24,000 nt of DNA from Curtobacterium phage Sunfish, in sequence record PQ868952.1. The stretch is one strand, 5' to 3'. The position numbers and the translations under genes are program-made. Of the stretch, positions 1 to 8,073 are shown piece by piece. Position 1 is the first letter of the stretch. Each line of letters starts with the position of its first letter. Below the pieces are notes generated by a model. That model did not search any database and was not told where the DNA came from. It saw nothing but the letters and a program-made list of their open reading frames with translations.

Positions 1-120
1 ACCGACGGCGATGAACCAGCCGCCGCGGGGCTGCCCTAACCACAGGACCTGCACCGACCCACTCCCGATGCACGCACCGGCGAACAGGCAAAGCACCTGG
101 CCCAAGATGGCGACGATCAC
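1..120 (-). CDS. Partial CDS of a small hydrophobic protein (MIVAILGQVLCLFAGACIGSGSVQVLWLGQPRGGWFIAVG...)
   Basis: GTG start at 120 overlaps the TGA stop of the Rad52-like gene (GTGA); frame open to the window edge; hydrophobic N-terminus. Confidence 0.5.
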   Translation of the reverse strand, partial: MIVAILGQVLCLFAGACIGSGSVQVLWLGQPRGGWFIAVG

Positions 121-938
121 GACTGCGGTCCGAACCCGCCGGCCAGCGTTGCCGCCGCGGCCTCCGTCGCTTCCGGCGTGGGAGCCTCGCCCTCGACGGG
201 CTGCTCAGCACGACCGGCGGGCGCGCCACCCTGGGGGCCCTGCTGCTTCGCGCGCTCCTCCTCGAGCGTCTTGCCGTGCTCGAGGTCGAGGTTCGCCTGC
301 TTGAACGCGGCCCAGTCGACGTCGATCGGGCGCTGACCCGGCGCGATGACCTTGCCGACGATGTCGCCGAGCGACCCGTTGTCATAGAGCGAGAGGCCGA
401 ACTGCGTCCCCATGTTGATGAGGCACCGCTTGAACGTGTCCGACGTGGCCGTCTTCGTGGCGAAGTCGGCGACCTCGCCGATGTCGGGGCCGACCTGGCC
501 GGCGACACCCGCGTCGGAGTAGATCGCGCCGAGCTGGTGGATGTAGACCTCGACGGTCGTCTCCACGGCCACTCGCCAGTTGAACACCGGCTTCTGGATC
601 TCGACCTGGCGGTACTGCGTGCCGTCCGGGCTCGCCTGCAGGGTGACGTACTTCTCGACCTTCTGCACCTTGGTCGCCTTCGAGTCCGAGTTGTACTCGA
701 ACGCCGGCACGTCCTGCTCCTGGTAGACCGTGCGGACGCCGACGATGCGCGTCGAGAATCCGCCGTAGCCGAAGATGCGGATCATCGACCGGCGCGCATC
801 CCACGCCTCGATGTAACTGAGGCTCGTGCGCCCCTTCTTGAGCGTCGCGACGCGGGCCTGGTTCAGGTCGGCCATCAGCTGCCGCATCTGTGCGCGGGTC
901 AGCGGGGACACGGGGTGCTGGATGGGGTAGTTGTTCAT
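117..938 (-). CDS. Rad52-like ssDNA annealing / recombination mediator protein
   Basis: 273 aa ORF; motifs RRSMIRIFGYGGFSTRIV and ATSDTFKRCLINMGTQFGLSLY resemble the Rad52/Rad22 fold core (xDALKRAxxxxGxxLGxxLY); lies near RuvC-like and SSB genes. Confidence 0.75.
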   Translation of the reverse strand: MNNYPIQHPVSPLTRAQMRQLMADLNQARVATLKKGRTSLSYIEAWDARRSMIRIFGYGGFSTRIVGVRTVYQEQDVPAFEYNSDSKATKVQKVEKYVTLQASPDGTQYRQVEIQKPVFNWRVAVETTVEVYIHQLGAIYSDAGVAGQVGPDIGEVADFATKTATSDTFKRCLINMGTQFGLSLYDNGSLGDIVGKVIAPGQRPIDVDWAAFKQANLDLEHGKTLEEERAKQQGPQGGAPAGRAEQPVEGEAPTPEATEAAAATLAGGFGPQS

Positions 939-1387
939 CGGGTGGCCTCTCTCGCGGTGGCTCGGCGCTCGACGGCGCGCTTCTGGTCACAGGCTCGGCA
1001 GCAGCGCTTCCCGCGCTTGTCGACCCTGGTGTTCTCGGGACTGAACGGGTGGCCGTGCACGCAGTGCGTCTTCACGGCGTTCGCGACGACGTTGCTCGTG
1101 ATCGCGACCTCACCCTTCGGCGAGCGGTAGCCCCGGTAGTGGAACGGGTTCTGGCAGCCCTCGGTGCTGCAGTCCCGGAGCAGGTAGATCCGCTCGGGGA
1201 GTGTGTCGAGGTCCGGCTGGATCAGCAGCCGGAACAGGTAGCGCGACAGGAAGATGTTCCGGTGCTCGCGGTGGATGAGGATCCGCCCGTCGGGGCGGTA
1301 GGCGCGGTCCGGGAACACGATGTGCGCGTCCGGATCCTCACGCAGGGTGTCGATGACCTCCTGCTCGCGCACGTTGGTGAAGCGCAT
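935..1387 (-). CDS. Probable HNH-type endonuclease / Cys-His zinc-binding protein
   Basis: 150 aa; DCSTEGCQNPFHY and HCVHGHPFSPENTRVDKRGKRCCRACDQKR resemble zinc-binding parts of phage HNH proteins; RBS CGGAGAGCC-ATG; stop overlaps the start of the next gene. Confidence 0.55.
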   Translation of the reverse strand: MRFTNVREQEVIDTLREDPDAHIVFPDRAYRPDGRILIHREHRNIFLSRYLFRLLIQPDLDTLPERIYLLRDCSTEGCQNPFHYRGYRSPKGEVAITSNVVANAVKTHCVHGHPFSPENTRVDKRGKRCCRACDQKRAVERRATAREATR

Positions 1388-1413
1388 GGCTCTCCGTTCC
1401 GGCGGCGAATGAT

Positions 1414-1453
1414 GCTGTACCCGACATAGCCTAGCACCTATGTCGGGTACAGC
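1414..1453. promoter_or_regulatory. Perfect 15-bp-arm inverted repeat, putative operator at a minus-strand promoter
   Basis: GCTGTACCCGACATA - gcctagcacc - TATGTCGGGTACAGC, just upstream of the 1387 start; candidate minus-strand -10 TAGGCT at 1433-1428. Confidence 0.65.
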
Positions 1454-1560
1454 GAAGGGGGAGGGTGGGGCGCTGACGGCTGCTCACGCGAAAGGTCTGG
1501 CGGTCTCAGCAGCAGCGCACCCGGGTCACGTGTTCAGGTCGTGACGTCGGGCATGTCCAT

Positions 1561-1594
1561 GGCACGGCGGTCAGGTCTCATCCATCGCCGTGCC
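1561..1594 (-). terminator. Candidate stem-loop terminator downstream of the 1653-1949 gene
   Basis: GGCACGGCG ... CGCCGTGCC perfect 9-bp stem, 16-nt loop; no U-tract. Confidence 0.4.
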
Positions 1595-1652
1595 GGGCGC
1601 CATCCGAGGAATCCACTTCCAACACCCCTCGGTCAACACGCCCCACCCTGGT

Positions 1653-1949
1653 CTAGGAAGCCGGACGCAGGCGCATCTCGTCCGGCTTGTGGAGCCCGCA
1701 CTGGCAGACTCCGAGCTGTTGGCGGTGGCACTCGAAGCGCCCGCACTTCACGAGCCGCACCTCCGCGGGCTTCTTCGGGTTCTGCCACTGGCCCTCGATG
1801 CAGTCCAGCTCGGGGTCGGACAGCCGCGTCCACTCCTCGCCGTTGACCGTGATCTGCAGGTCCGGCACACCCTCATCCTCGGGCAGGCAGATGAGCATCT
1901 CGCGCGGCGGGTTCGAGCGCCAGACCGTGTATGTGTACGAGATCAGCAT
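1653..1949 (-). CDS. Hypothetical protein with cysteines near the C-terminus
   Basis: 98 aa MLISYTYTVWRSNPP...CGRFECHRQQLGVCQCGLH...; TGATG overlap with the upstream gene. Confidence 0.65.
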   Translation of the reverse strand: MLISYTYTVWRSNPPREMLICLPEDEGVPDLQITVNGEEWTRLSDPELDCIEGQWQNPKKPAEVRLVKCGRFECHRQQLGVCQCGLHKPDEMRLRPAS

Positions 1950-2233
1950 CAGATCGCCGCCCATGACGCATCGCTCAGCCGGTGCCGAGCGCCACACACG
2001 CAGCGGTAGCTGCCTCGCTGGTTCGGGTATGAGACCCAGGCGTCGTGATGACGCGTGCACGCCAGGAACGAGTCGCCGCACGGCACGCGAGCCCGCCAGG
2101 TTGCAGGGTTGGTGCACGCGCTCACCGGTTCGGGCTCGATCGTGACCTCGCACGACGGGTCGCCGTCGAGGATGCTCTCGTCGAGCTCGACTCGCTCGAG
2201 CGTTCCTCCCTGCTGCATCGTCGTCACCACCAC
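1949..2233 (-). CDS. Hypothetical Cys-containing protein
   Basis: 94 aa MVVTTMQQGG...CTNPATWRARVPC...CVCGARH; coupled by TGATG to 1653-1949. Confidence 0.6.
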   Translation of the reverse strand: MVVTTMQQGGTLERVELDESILDGDPSCEVTIEPEPVSACTNPATWRARVPCGDSFLACTRHHDAWVSYPNQRGSYRCVCGARHRLSDASWAAI

Positions 2234-2388
2234 TCGTCGCTGACGTAGTCGCGCAAGCGCGCGACTGAGTTCACGGCGTCGGCGAGCACGCGCTTCGCTT
2301 CCTCGGGATCCATCCGTTCGATCGCCATCCCGAGCACCAGCTCGCGCGAATCCTTGGCCAGCACGACCAGGTTGTCCAGATCCATCAT
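2224..2388 (-). CDS. Hypothetical small protein MMDLDNLVVLAKDSRELVLG...
   Basis: 54 aa from internal ATG preceded by GAGAGGACG; fits between neighbouring genes. Confidence 0.6.
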   Translation of the reverse strand: MMDLDNLVVLAKDSRELVLGMAIERMDPEEAKRVLADAVNSVARLRDYVSDEWW

Positions 2389-2401
2389 GATCGTCGTCCT
2401 C

Positions 2402-3001
2402 TCATCCAGCGGTGGCGGCATCGTACGCCGCCTTGACCTTCGCGAAGGACTTCGCGCGGTCGGGCGTCGCGTCGCCCACCCAGCCCGGCACGGGCGTGCC
2501 GGCTGCGGCGGCGGCCACCGCGGCGATGTGCACCGCGTCGGCCTCGTCGTCCGTGTTGCAGCGCACCCCGTACAGGCCCTCGGCCATGTCGAGCATGTCG
2601 CCCTTGCCGGCCTTGCCGTAGCCCGTCGAGATCAGCTTGAGCGAGGATGGGTTCACCTCGAACGCGACGTCGACGCCGACCACCGTGCGCACCGTGTCAA
2701 GCAGTCGCCACAGGTGGGCGAAGCGGTCGAGGGACCGACCCTGCATCCCCGTCTTCGGCAGCTCCTCTGTCGCGACGATGACCTGCACACCGCGGGCCCA
2801 CATGTTCGGCATGCTGTCGAGTGCCCACTCGAACAGCCGGTCACGGACCCGGGAGTGGATCGCGTCCACCCGGTCATGCTGCTGCAGCAGCGTGGCGTGC
2901 GGCACGATCTTGGAGGGGAACGCCGCCGTGTGCCAGCGCTCCCCATCCCAGACCGCGAGCCCCGTGCTCGTGAGCGACGGGTCGATGCCGATGGCGATCA
3001 C
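2402..3001 (-). CDS. RuvC-like Holliday junction resolvase / endonuclease
   Basis: MIAIGIDPSLTSTGLAV (RNase H-fold first Asp strand), internal ATEELP, C-terminal DDEADAVHIAAVA; GTG start overlaps upstream stop (GTGA). Confidence 0.85.
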   Translation of the reverse strand: MIAIGIDPSLTSTGLAVWDGERWHTAAFPSKIVPHATLLQQHDRVDAIHSRVRDRLFEWALDSMPNMWARGVQVIVATEELPKTGMQGRSLDRFAHLWRLLDTVRTVVGVDVAFEVNPSSLKLISTGYGKAGKGDMLDMAEGLYGVRCNTDDEADAVHIAAVAAAAAGTPVPGWVGDATPDRAKSFAKVKAAYDAATAG

Positions 3002-3285
3002 CAGGACCGCCGCGCCTTGTCGCTCGGCTCGGGGCCAGAGACGAAGCGAAGCGACCCGAAGCTCATCAGACTGCGTGTGTTGCCACGCTGGGACAGTGTT
3101 CGCACTGCGGGCATTGCCCGACCACGCACGGCATCCCAGCGCGGTTCGGACACCACCTGCATCTCACGGGAGCCCCATCGCTCTCGCGCCTCCCAGGTCT
3201 GCCCCTTCTTCACGCCGTACGGATTCCTTGCTTCGTCGATCGGGAAGCGCTCGTCCATCTCGGACATCGACAGCCACTCGCCCAT
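2998..3285 (-). CDS. Hypothetical protein
   Basis: 95 aa MGEWLSMSEMDERFPIDEARNPYGVKKGQTWEAR...; TGATG overlap at 3285. Confidence 0.65.
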   Translation of the reverse strand: MGEWLSMSEMDERFPIDEARNPYGVKKGQTWEARERWGSREMQVVSEPRWDAVRGRAMPAVRTLSQRGNTRSLMSFGSLRFVSGPEPSDKARRSW

Positions 3286-3671
3286 CAGAACCGCACCTCC
3301 GTGATCGCGACCGCGCCCGGCGTCTCCGCCGTGACCCGTCGCGTGTGGTCCGGCATCCCGTTCGCGAGGCGCTCGTACCGCTCGATCCAGAACTCGTAGC
3401 CCTCCTCGGAGTCGTCCGGGTCGGCGTCGCGGACGAGGTACCAGGCGTGCAGGACGTCGAGCGTCTCGTCTTCCTCGAGCTTCTCGCCGGTGGTGTCCGC
3501 CCAGTAGCGCACGACCTCGGCGGCGAACGCCTCCGGGTCCTGGTGGCCGAGCCCGAACAGGTCACCGTCCTCCGTGCCGAAGAACGGGTAGACGTGCGCG
3601 CCCTCGCGCCCGGTCAGGTCGGTCGTGAACCACTTCGGGTCCGGGTTGGTGATGATCCTGCCGGCGCCCAT
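3285..3671 (-). CDS. Hypothetical protein
   Basis: 128 aa MGAGRIITNPDPKWFTTDLTG...; SD AAGGAGTCC with TGATG overlap. Confidence 0.7.
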   Translation of the reverse strand: MGAGRIITNPDPKWFTTDLTGREGAHVYPFFGTEDGDLFGLGHQDPEAFAAEVVRYWADTTGEKLEEDETLDVLHAWYLVRDADPDDSEEGYEFWIERYERLANGMPDHTRRVTAETPGAVAITEVRF

Positions 3672-4174
3672 CAGGACTCCTTCGTCGGGAACTGCGGGAT
3701 GTTCAGCGGGAGCACGAGCACGCCAGCATCACCGGCAGCCTCGCGCTCCTCGGCGATGCGTTCACGCACGGCCGGGGTGTCGATCGCGCCTGGCTCGGTG
3801 CCGATGTAGATCACGTGCGGGGCGCGTACCGCCACCTCCTCCGCGGTGACGCGCTCGGCGTGGGCCCAGTCGATCACCTCGTCGAGGCTGCGGATCGTCT
3901 CGACGATCGACAGCAGATCCGTGACCGGCATGAAGTCCTCCGGCAGGATGTCCGTCGGCAGGGCGTCATCGAGGACCCCCGTGCGCACACCCATCGGCAC
4001 CCAGTACATGCTCCGCGGCCAGTCCCGCGCCTCGTCACGGATGATGTCGATGTCGCGGTAGCGAGCCCGCACTTCACGGGACGAGGAGAATCGATCGTTG
4101 TCGACGATCTCGTGGGGGAAGCCGTAGCCACCCGCGAACAGGTCGGCCAGCTGCTGCTTCGTCAAGTTCTCCAT
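3671..4174 (-). CDS. Hypothetical protein
   Basis: 167 aa MENLTKQQLADLFAGGYGFPHE...FPTKES; start at 4174 preceded by AAGGAGTCCTG; longer ORF-track start rejected. Confidence 0.7.
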   Translation of the reverse strand: MENLTKQQLADLFAGGYGFPHEIVDNDRFSSSREVRARYRDIDIIRDEARDWPRSMYWVPMGVRTGVLDDALPTDILPEDFMPVTDLLSIVETIRSLDEVIDWAHAERVTAEEVAVRAPHVIYIGTEPGAIDTPAVRERIAEEREAAGDAGVLVLPLNIPQFPTKES

Positions 4175-4449
4175 CAGGACTCCTTCGGGTCGGGCTCGGG
4201 TGCCTCGCTTGCGGGGACGAGGCAGATGGTCAGGGCCGCCGTGACGGCGTACCCGTGGATGAAGCTGTTGTCGTCCCACCGAACCGGCGTGCGGTCGGCC
4301 TCGGAGTGCCCCGGGGTGAGCGTCAGCTCCTCCGCCGTTGCTACCGTTCCCCAGGCAGGGGCCTCGTACTCGTCATCGTCGTGCGGGATCGGGTAACCAG
4401 TGCGGTCCCCGTCGAAGTGCACCCGGTCGCCGGGCTTGAACTCGTGCAT
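4174..4449 (-). CDS. Hypothetical protein
   Basis: 91 aa MHEFKPGDRVHFDGDRTG...PDPKES; AAGGAGTCCTGATG junctions on both sides. Confidence 0.7.
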   Translation of the reverse strand: MHEFKPGDRVHFDGDRTGYPIPHDDDEYEAPAWGTVATAEELTLTPGHSEADRTPVRWDDNSFIHGYAVTAALTICLVPASEAPEPDPKES

Positions 4450-4607
4450 CAGGACTCCTTCGTTGCCGTTACCGTGACGGACTCGTCGTCGCCGATCGAC
4501 ATCTGGACGTAGGTCTCGACGGTGCCGACCTCAGTCTGTGCACCGTTCTCCCAGTGGATGTAGACGGTCCCCGCCATCCGGATCTCACCGAGGCTCTTCG
4601 CGGCCAT
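4449..4607 (-). CDS. Hypothetical small protein
   Basis: 52 aa [22 protein letters not shown]...TATKES; ATG overlaps ssb stop. Confidence 0.65.
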   Translation of the reverse strand: MAAKSLGEIRMAGTVYIHWENGAQTEVGTVETYVQMSIGDDESVTVTATKES

Positions 4608-5164
4608 CAGAACGGCGTCTCGTCGTCGAAGCCACCGTCGGGCGTGGACCACACGTCCTGCCCCTGCCGGCCGCTGACCTGGCCGTCCTGCGGGTGCCCC
4701 TGGTTCGGCGCCCACGGCTCACCCGCGGTGCCCGGGCGCATCCCGCCGCCGTTCTGCTGCTGCCGCAGCTTCTCCGCGTTGTCGGCCTGGTTCTTGTTGC
4801 CGCCGGTGCGCGTCACCTCCGCGGTCGCCCACTGCAAGTCCGGGCCGATGGCGTCGATCTCGAGCTCGATGCTCGTGCGCTGCTGGCCCTCGCGGTCCTG
4901 GTACGACCGCTGCTTGAGGCGACCCTGCGCGATGACGCGGGTGCCCTTCGTGAGGCTGCCGGCGACGTTCTCGGCGAACTTCTTCCAGACCGAGAACCGG
5001 AGGAAGAGAGCATCCCCCTCCTTCCACTCGTTCGCCTGCCGGTCGAAGATTCGCGGGGTGCTGGCGATCGTTCCGTTCGCCACCGCGACCCCGTTCTGCG
5101 TGTACCGCAACTCGGGGTCTGCGGTGAGGTTTCCGACCACGGTGACGACTGTCTCGTTTGCCAT
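4607..5164 (-). CDS. ssb: Single-stranded DNA-binding protein
   Basis: 185 aa; OB-fold signature [31 protein letters not shown]...[38 protein letters not shown], acidic tail ending DDETPF. Confidence 0.95.
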   Translation of the reverse strand: MANETVVTVVGNLTADPELRYTQNGVAVANGTIASTPRIFDRQANEWKEGDALFLRFSVWKKFAENVAGSLTKGTRVIAQGRLKQRSYQDREGQQRTSIELEIDAIGPDLQWATAEVTRTGGNKNQADNAEKLRQQQNGGGMRPGTAGEPWAPNQGHPQDGQVSGRQGQDVWSTPDGGFDDETPF

Positions 5165-5706
5165 CAGGCTGCCTCCTCGGCTTCGGTTCCGTCGGGGATC
5201 CGACGTGTGATTGGGCCACCGGCGTTCGGTCGATACCGGCCAGTGACGAGGTTGCGGACGTGGCTCGCGGAGACATCGAAGTCCTTCGCGACCGTGAAGC
5301 TGGACCCGCCCATCGCGTAGCGGTTGCGGATGTCCACGACCTGCTCGTCCGTGAGTACCTGCCGAGGCCGGTGTCCACGGCTCACGCGGTTGCCGCGCAG
5401 CCGGTGCCGCTCCGATGCGTCCTGGCTGTTCTGGCGCCGCGTGCCGACGATGAGGTGGTCAGGGCGGCAGCATGCTGGTGTGTCGCAGGTGTGACGCGCG
5501 ACCTCGTGCCGATTGAGCGGCCGGCCGATGCGCTGGCCGAGCAGCCAGCGTGCGACGCGGATGGTCCGGCCGCCTGGCGCCGAGATCTGTGGGTAGCCGA
5601 CCTTGCTGATCGGCGATGTCCAGAGCCAGCACCCGTCGGGCGTGGTCTTTCGGTCGATCTTCTCCCAGATGCGCACGACAAGCGGGCGCGCACGTGGTCC
5701 TGGCAT
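5164..5706 (-). CDS. HNH homing-type endonuclease with C-terminal helix-turn-helix-like segment
   Basis: [18 protein letters not shown]...[32 protein letters not shown] plus [42 protein letters not shown]; TGATG-coupled to ssb. Confidence 0.88.
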   Translation of the reverse strand: MPGPRARPLVVRIWEKIDRKTTPDGCWLWTSPISKVGYPQISAPGGRTIRVARWLLGQRIGRPLNRHEVARHTCDTPACCRPDHLIVGTRRQNSQDASERHRLRGNRVSRGHRPRQVLTDEQVVDIRNRYAMGGSSFTVAKDFDVSASHVRNLVTGRYRPNAGGPITRRIPDGTEAEEAA

Positions 5707-5734
5707 GGCGTTCTCCGTTCCGGCGGAAGTCTGC

Positions 5735-5740
5735 AGTCTA
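5735..5740 (-). promoter_or_regulatory. Putative -10 element (TAGACT) upstream of the HNH-ssb unit
   Basis: TAGACT about 30 nt upstream of the HNH start, followed by conserved leader CCGCCGGAACGGAG; no clear -35. Confidence 0.3.
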
Positions 5741-5783
5741 CGGCAAGTCGGGCCGTAACCGATACAGGGTCAGAGCGAGGCCA

Positions 5784-6134
5784 TCAGTAGTCCCTCACCG
5801 CACGGACGGGCTTGCCAGCCACCCACCAGTGCATCGGCATGACGCCTTCGGGGTACTCGAGCATCTCGACCAGGTTGCGCGGCAGGTCACGACGGACCTT
5901 CACGTAGCGCTCGGCGTGGAGCGCCACGTCCTCGGGGTCGATGCGCCAGCGGTGCGCCGTACGGTCGCACTCGAGGATCCTCGACGTCAGCCCGAGCGCT
6001 TCCCGGTACGGGGCGTCGAGGTCGGTGAGCCACGAGACGCCGCCGTGCGAGACGGACTGGGGGATGACCAGGTTGCCGCTCTTCGCGATGGCCGCGTCAC
6101 CGTGGTCGCAGGTGTAGTGGAACAGGTCGATCAC
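5784..6134 (-). CDS. Hypothetical protein
   Basis: 116 aa from GTG (MIDLFHYTCDHGDAAIAKSGNLVIPQS...); SD GGAGTCC; GTGA overlap with the upstream gene. Confidence 0.75.
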   Translation of the reverse strand: MIDLFHYTCDHGDAAIAKSGNLVIPQSVSHGGVSWLTDLDAPYREALGLTSRILECDRTAHRWRIDPEDVALHAERYVKVRRDLPRNLVEMLEYPEGVMPMHWWVAGKPVRAVRDY

Positions 6135-6559
6135 AGCAGGACTCCGATCGCGATCGCGTTGATCACCAGGTGGACGGTGTTGTCGACGATGAACATGAGC
6201 CAGGTGCGCAGCCAGACGGGGTGCCCGTCCGTGTAGCCCTGGTTCTCGCGAGCCTCGGCCCACGTGTACTCGTCGCGCCGGTCGTGCGGCAAGCCGTTGT
6301 TCACGGCCCAGATGAGGTGCTTCGCCAGGCGGTAGCGGTCAATGACCGCGTGAGTCCCACCGATGACGACGACGGTCGCCACCCACGCCCAGTCGATGCG
6401 GCCGTGCAGGACGAACGCGAGCACGGCGTACGGCACGGTGTAGGCAGCAGCGTGGGCGAGCGCCCACCACCACGACGATGTCTTACGCTGGGCCATGCTG
6501 TTCGTCTGCAGCAGGTAGTCGCCGACGAGGTGGCAGAGGATGACCCAGAGGCCGACCAT
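6131..6559 (-). CDS. DUF3307-like integral membrane protein
   Basis: 142 aa MVGLWVILCHLVGDYLLQTNSMAQRKTSSWWWALAHAAAYTVPY...GTHAVIDRYRLAKHLIWAVN; membrane segments and CHLVGDYLLQT motif. Confidence 0.7.
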   Translation of the reverse strand: MVGLWVILCHLVGDYLLQTNSMAQRKTSSWWWALAHAAAYTVPYAVLAFVLHGRIDWAWVATVVVIGGTHAVIDRYRLAKHLIWAVNNGLPHDRRDEYTWAEARENQGYTDGHPVWLRTWLMFIVDNTVHLVINAIAIGVLL

Positions 6560-6822
6560 CAGCCGATCCTCTCCGTGTCGGTATTGACCTCGAGCGCGGC
6601 GATCAGCATGGCCGCCGCCTTCACGAGGTGCCGGCGCTGGCCGCCCTGCTCGTTGAACCGCTGGATGAAGTCCCCGGCGACGTAGAGCAGCGAGCTCTCG
6701 CCGGCCGCGACATCGTCGTCGTAGTCGTACTGCTGCGACTGCCGCTCGCGCTCGAGGTCGATCTCGTCGAACGCGATGCGCCGGGCGAGCATGCGCTCGC
6801 GGGTCCTGCTGGTGGTGGCCAT
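6559..6822 (-). CDS. Hypothetical protein
   Basis: 87 aa MATTSRTRERMLARRIAFDEIDLERERQSQQ...; RBS AGGAGTAGCC. Confidence 0.7.
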   Translation of the reverse strand: MATTSRTRERMLARRIAFDEIDLERERQSQQYDYDDDVAAGESSLLYVAGDFIQRFNEQGGQRRHLVKAAAMLIAALEVNTDTERIG

Positions 6823-6824
6823 GG

Positions 6825-7229
6825 CTACTCCTGGTCGATCTGGATGTAAGTACCCGGCATTGCACGATCGGCGGGCACGAGCGTCACGCCAATGACATTG
6901 GCGCGGGTGGCGATCGGCGCCGCGTACGGCGAGACGGTGGCGGGCAGCTGGTGCGTGGCGACCCAACGGTTGCGCAGCCGGCGGTGCGCCAGCCAGACCC
7001 CAGTCGTGACCGCGCGAAGCAGGTTCACCCGCAGCGTCTCGCCGAAGGCGTGCACCTGCTCGCTGACGGCGACGGCGGTGCGGCCGACCTCGGCCAGCGC
7101 GTCGTGCACGCCGGCCCAGTCGATGCGGCTTACCGACCGCCACGCGTGGGTGATCTGCGCGTTCCGGTGCCGGCGGTAACCGCGGACCTTCATGCGGGGG
7201 AAGTGCTCGGGTGTGCGGGGCTTGCTCAT
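6825..7229 (-). CDS. Hypothetical basic protein
   Basis: 134 aa MSKPRTPEHFPRMKVRGYRRHRNAQ...; RBS GGAGAGCAGC. Confidence 0.7.
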   Translation of the reverse strand: MSKPRTPEHFPRMKVRGYRRHRNAQITHAWRSVSRIDWAGVHDALAEVGRTAVAVSEQVHAFGETLRVNLLRAVTTGVWLAHRRLRNRWVATHQLPATVSPYAAPIATRANVIGVTLVPADRAMPGTYIQIDQE

Positions 7230-7291
7230 GCTGCTCTCCATTCCGGCGGATGCTGTGTCGGTTACAGTGTAGATCGGCGGATGCCCGGGTG

Positions 7292-7483
7292 CTACCGCCC
7301 GAGCATCAGGCGGCACGACGGGCAGATGTCGAGCCGGTCGTCGATGCACACCCAGCCCTGCCGTCTAGCGGCTAGACGCGCCTCGGTGTCCCACGGTGCG
7401 CGCGGGGCGTCGCCGATCCTGTTCACGCAGGTCTCGGCGACGCCCGAGTCGCACACCATGAAGACGACGGTCTGGGTGGACAT
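7292..7483 (-). CDS. Hypothetical small Cys-rich protein; contains the GTCTAGCGGCTAGAC repeat inside the CDS
   Basis: 63 aa MSTQTVVFMVCDSGVAETCVNRIGDAPRAPWDTEARLAARRQGWVCIDDRLDICPSCRLMLGR. Confidence 0.6.
   Translation of the reverse strand: MSTQTVVFMVCDSGVAETCVNRIGDAPRAPWDTEARLAARRQGWVCIDDRLDICPSCRLMLGR
7363..7377. repeat. Palindrome GTCTAGCGGCTAGAC, copy 1
   Basis: Exact 7-1-7 palindrome. Confidence 0.95.
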
Positions 7484-7486
7484 GGG

Positions 7487-7816
7487 TCAGAACAGCTCGC
7501 TGGCCTGGTCGTCGAGCTCCCGGGCCATCGTCTCGACGATGAGGTTCTGCAGGGCGACGTCGCCGATCTTCACGTGCAGGCCGACGCGGCGCATGGCCCC
7601 GGCGGCACGCGCCTTGCTCTCCTCGGTGAGTGGCGCCGGGATCTTCCATCCCTCGCGGAAGACGCGCTCGACGATCGACTGCCGGCGACCGTCCGAGAAC
7701 TCGATCGTCACGGTCGGCTGGTCGGTGTACGCGATGAGCCGCGCCTGGCCCTGGCTGTCCTTGGTGAGGACGACCTCCCCGATGGCGCCCTCGATGTCCT
7801 TCGGCGCGCCGCTCAC
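7487..7816 (-). CDS. Hypothetical protein
   Basis: 109 aa from GTG (MSGAPKDIEGAIGEVVLTKDSQGQARLIAYTDQPTVTIEFSDGRRQSIV...); GTGA overlap. Confidence 0.7.
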   Translation of the reverse strand: MSGAPKDIEGAIGEVVLTKDSQGQARLIAYTDQPTVTIEFSDGRRQSIVERVFREGWKIPAPLTEESKARAAGAMRRVGLHVKIGDVALQNLIVETMARELDDQASELF

Positions 7817-8073
7817 GCCGTCGGCTCCGTGCCCTCGAGCTGCCCCGCCGAGAACAGCAGTCGAACGTCGACGTAGTTGCAGTTCAGGTGCATGTCCTCC
7901 GGCTGGGGGCCACGGATAGCCGGCGGGCGCACGGAGAAGTTCGCCGTGCCGCCGATGCGCAGCTCGGTCAGCGCCGTGCCACGGACGAGCAGGTCGACCT
8001 CGTCGTTCTCGTCTCGGTGCGTGACCTCGATGTGGTCGCCGCGGTGGATGGGGGTTCTGGTGTGGATGGTCAT
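7813..8073 (-). CDS. Hypothetical protein
   Basis: 86 aa MTIHTRTPIHRGDHIEVTHRDENDEVDLLVRG... Confidence 0.7.
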   Translation of the reverse strand: MTIHTRTPIHRGDHIEVTHRDENDEVDLLVRGTALTELRIGGTANFSVRPPAIRGPQPEDMHLNCNYVDVRLLFSAGQLEGTEPTA

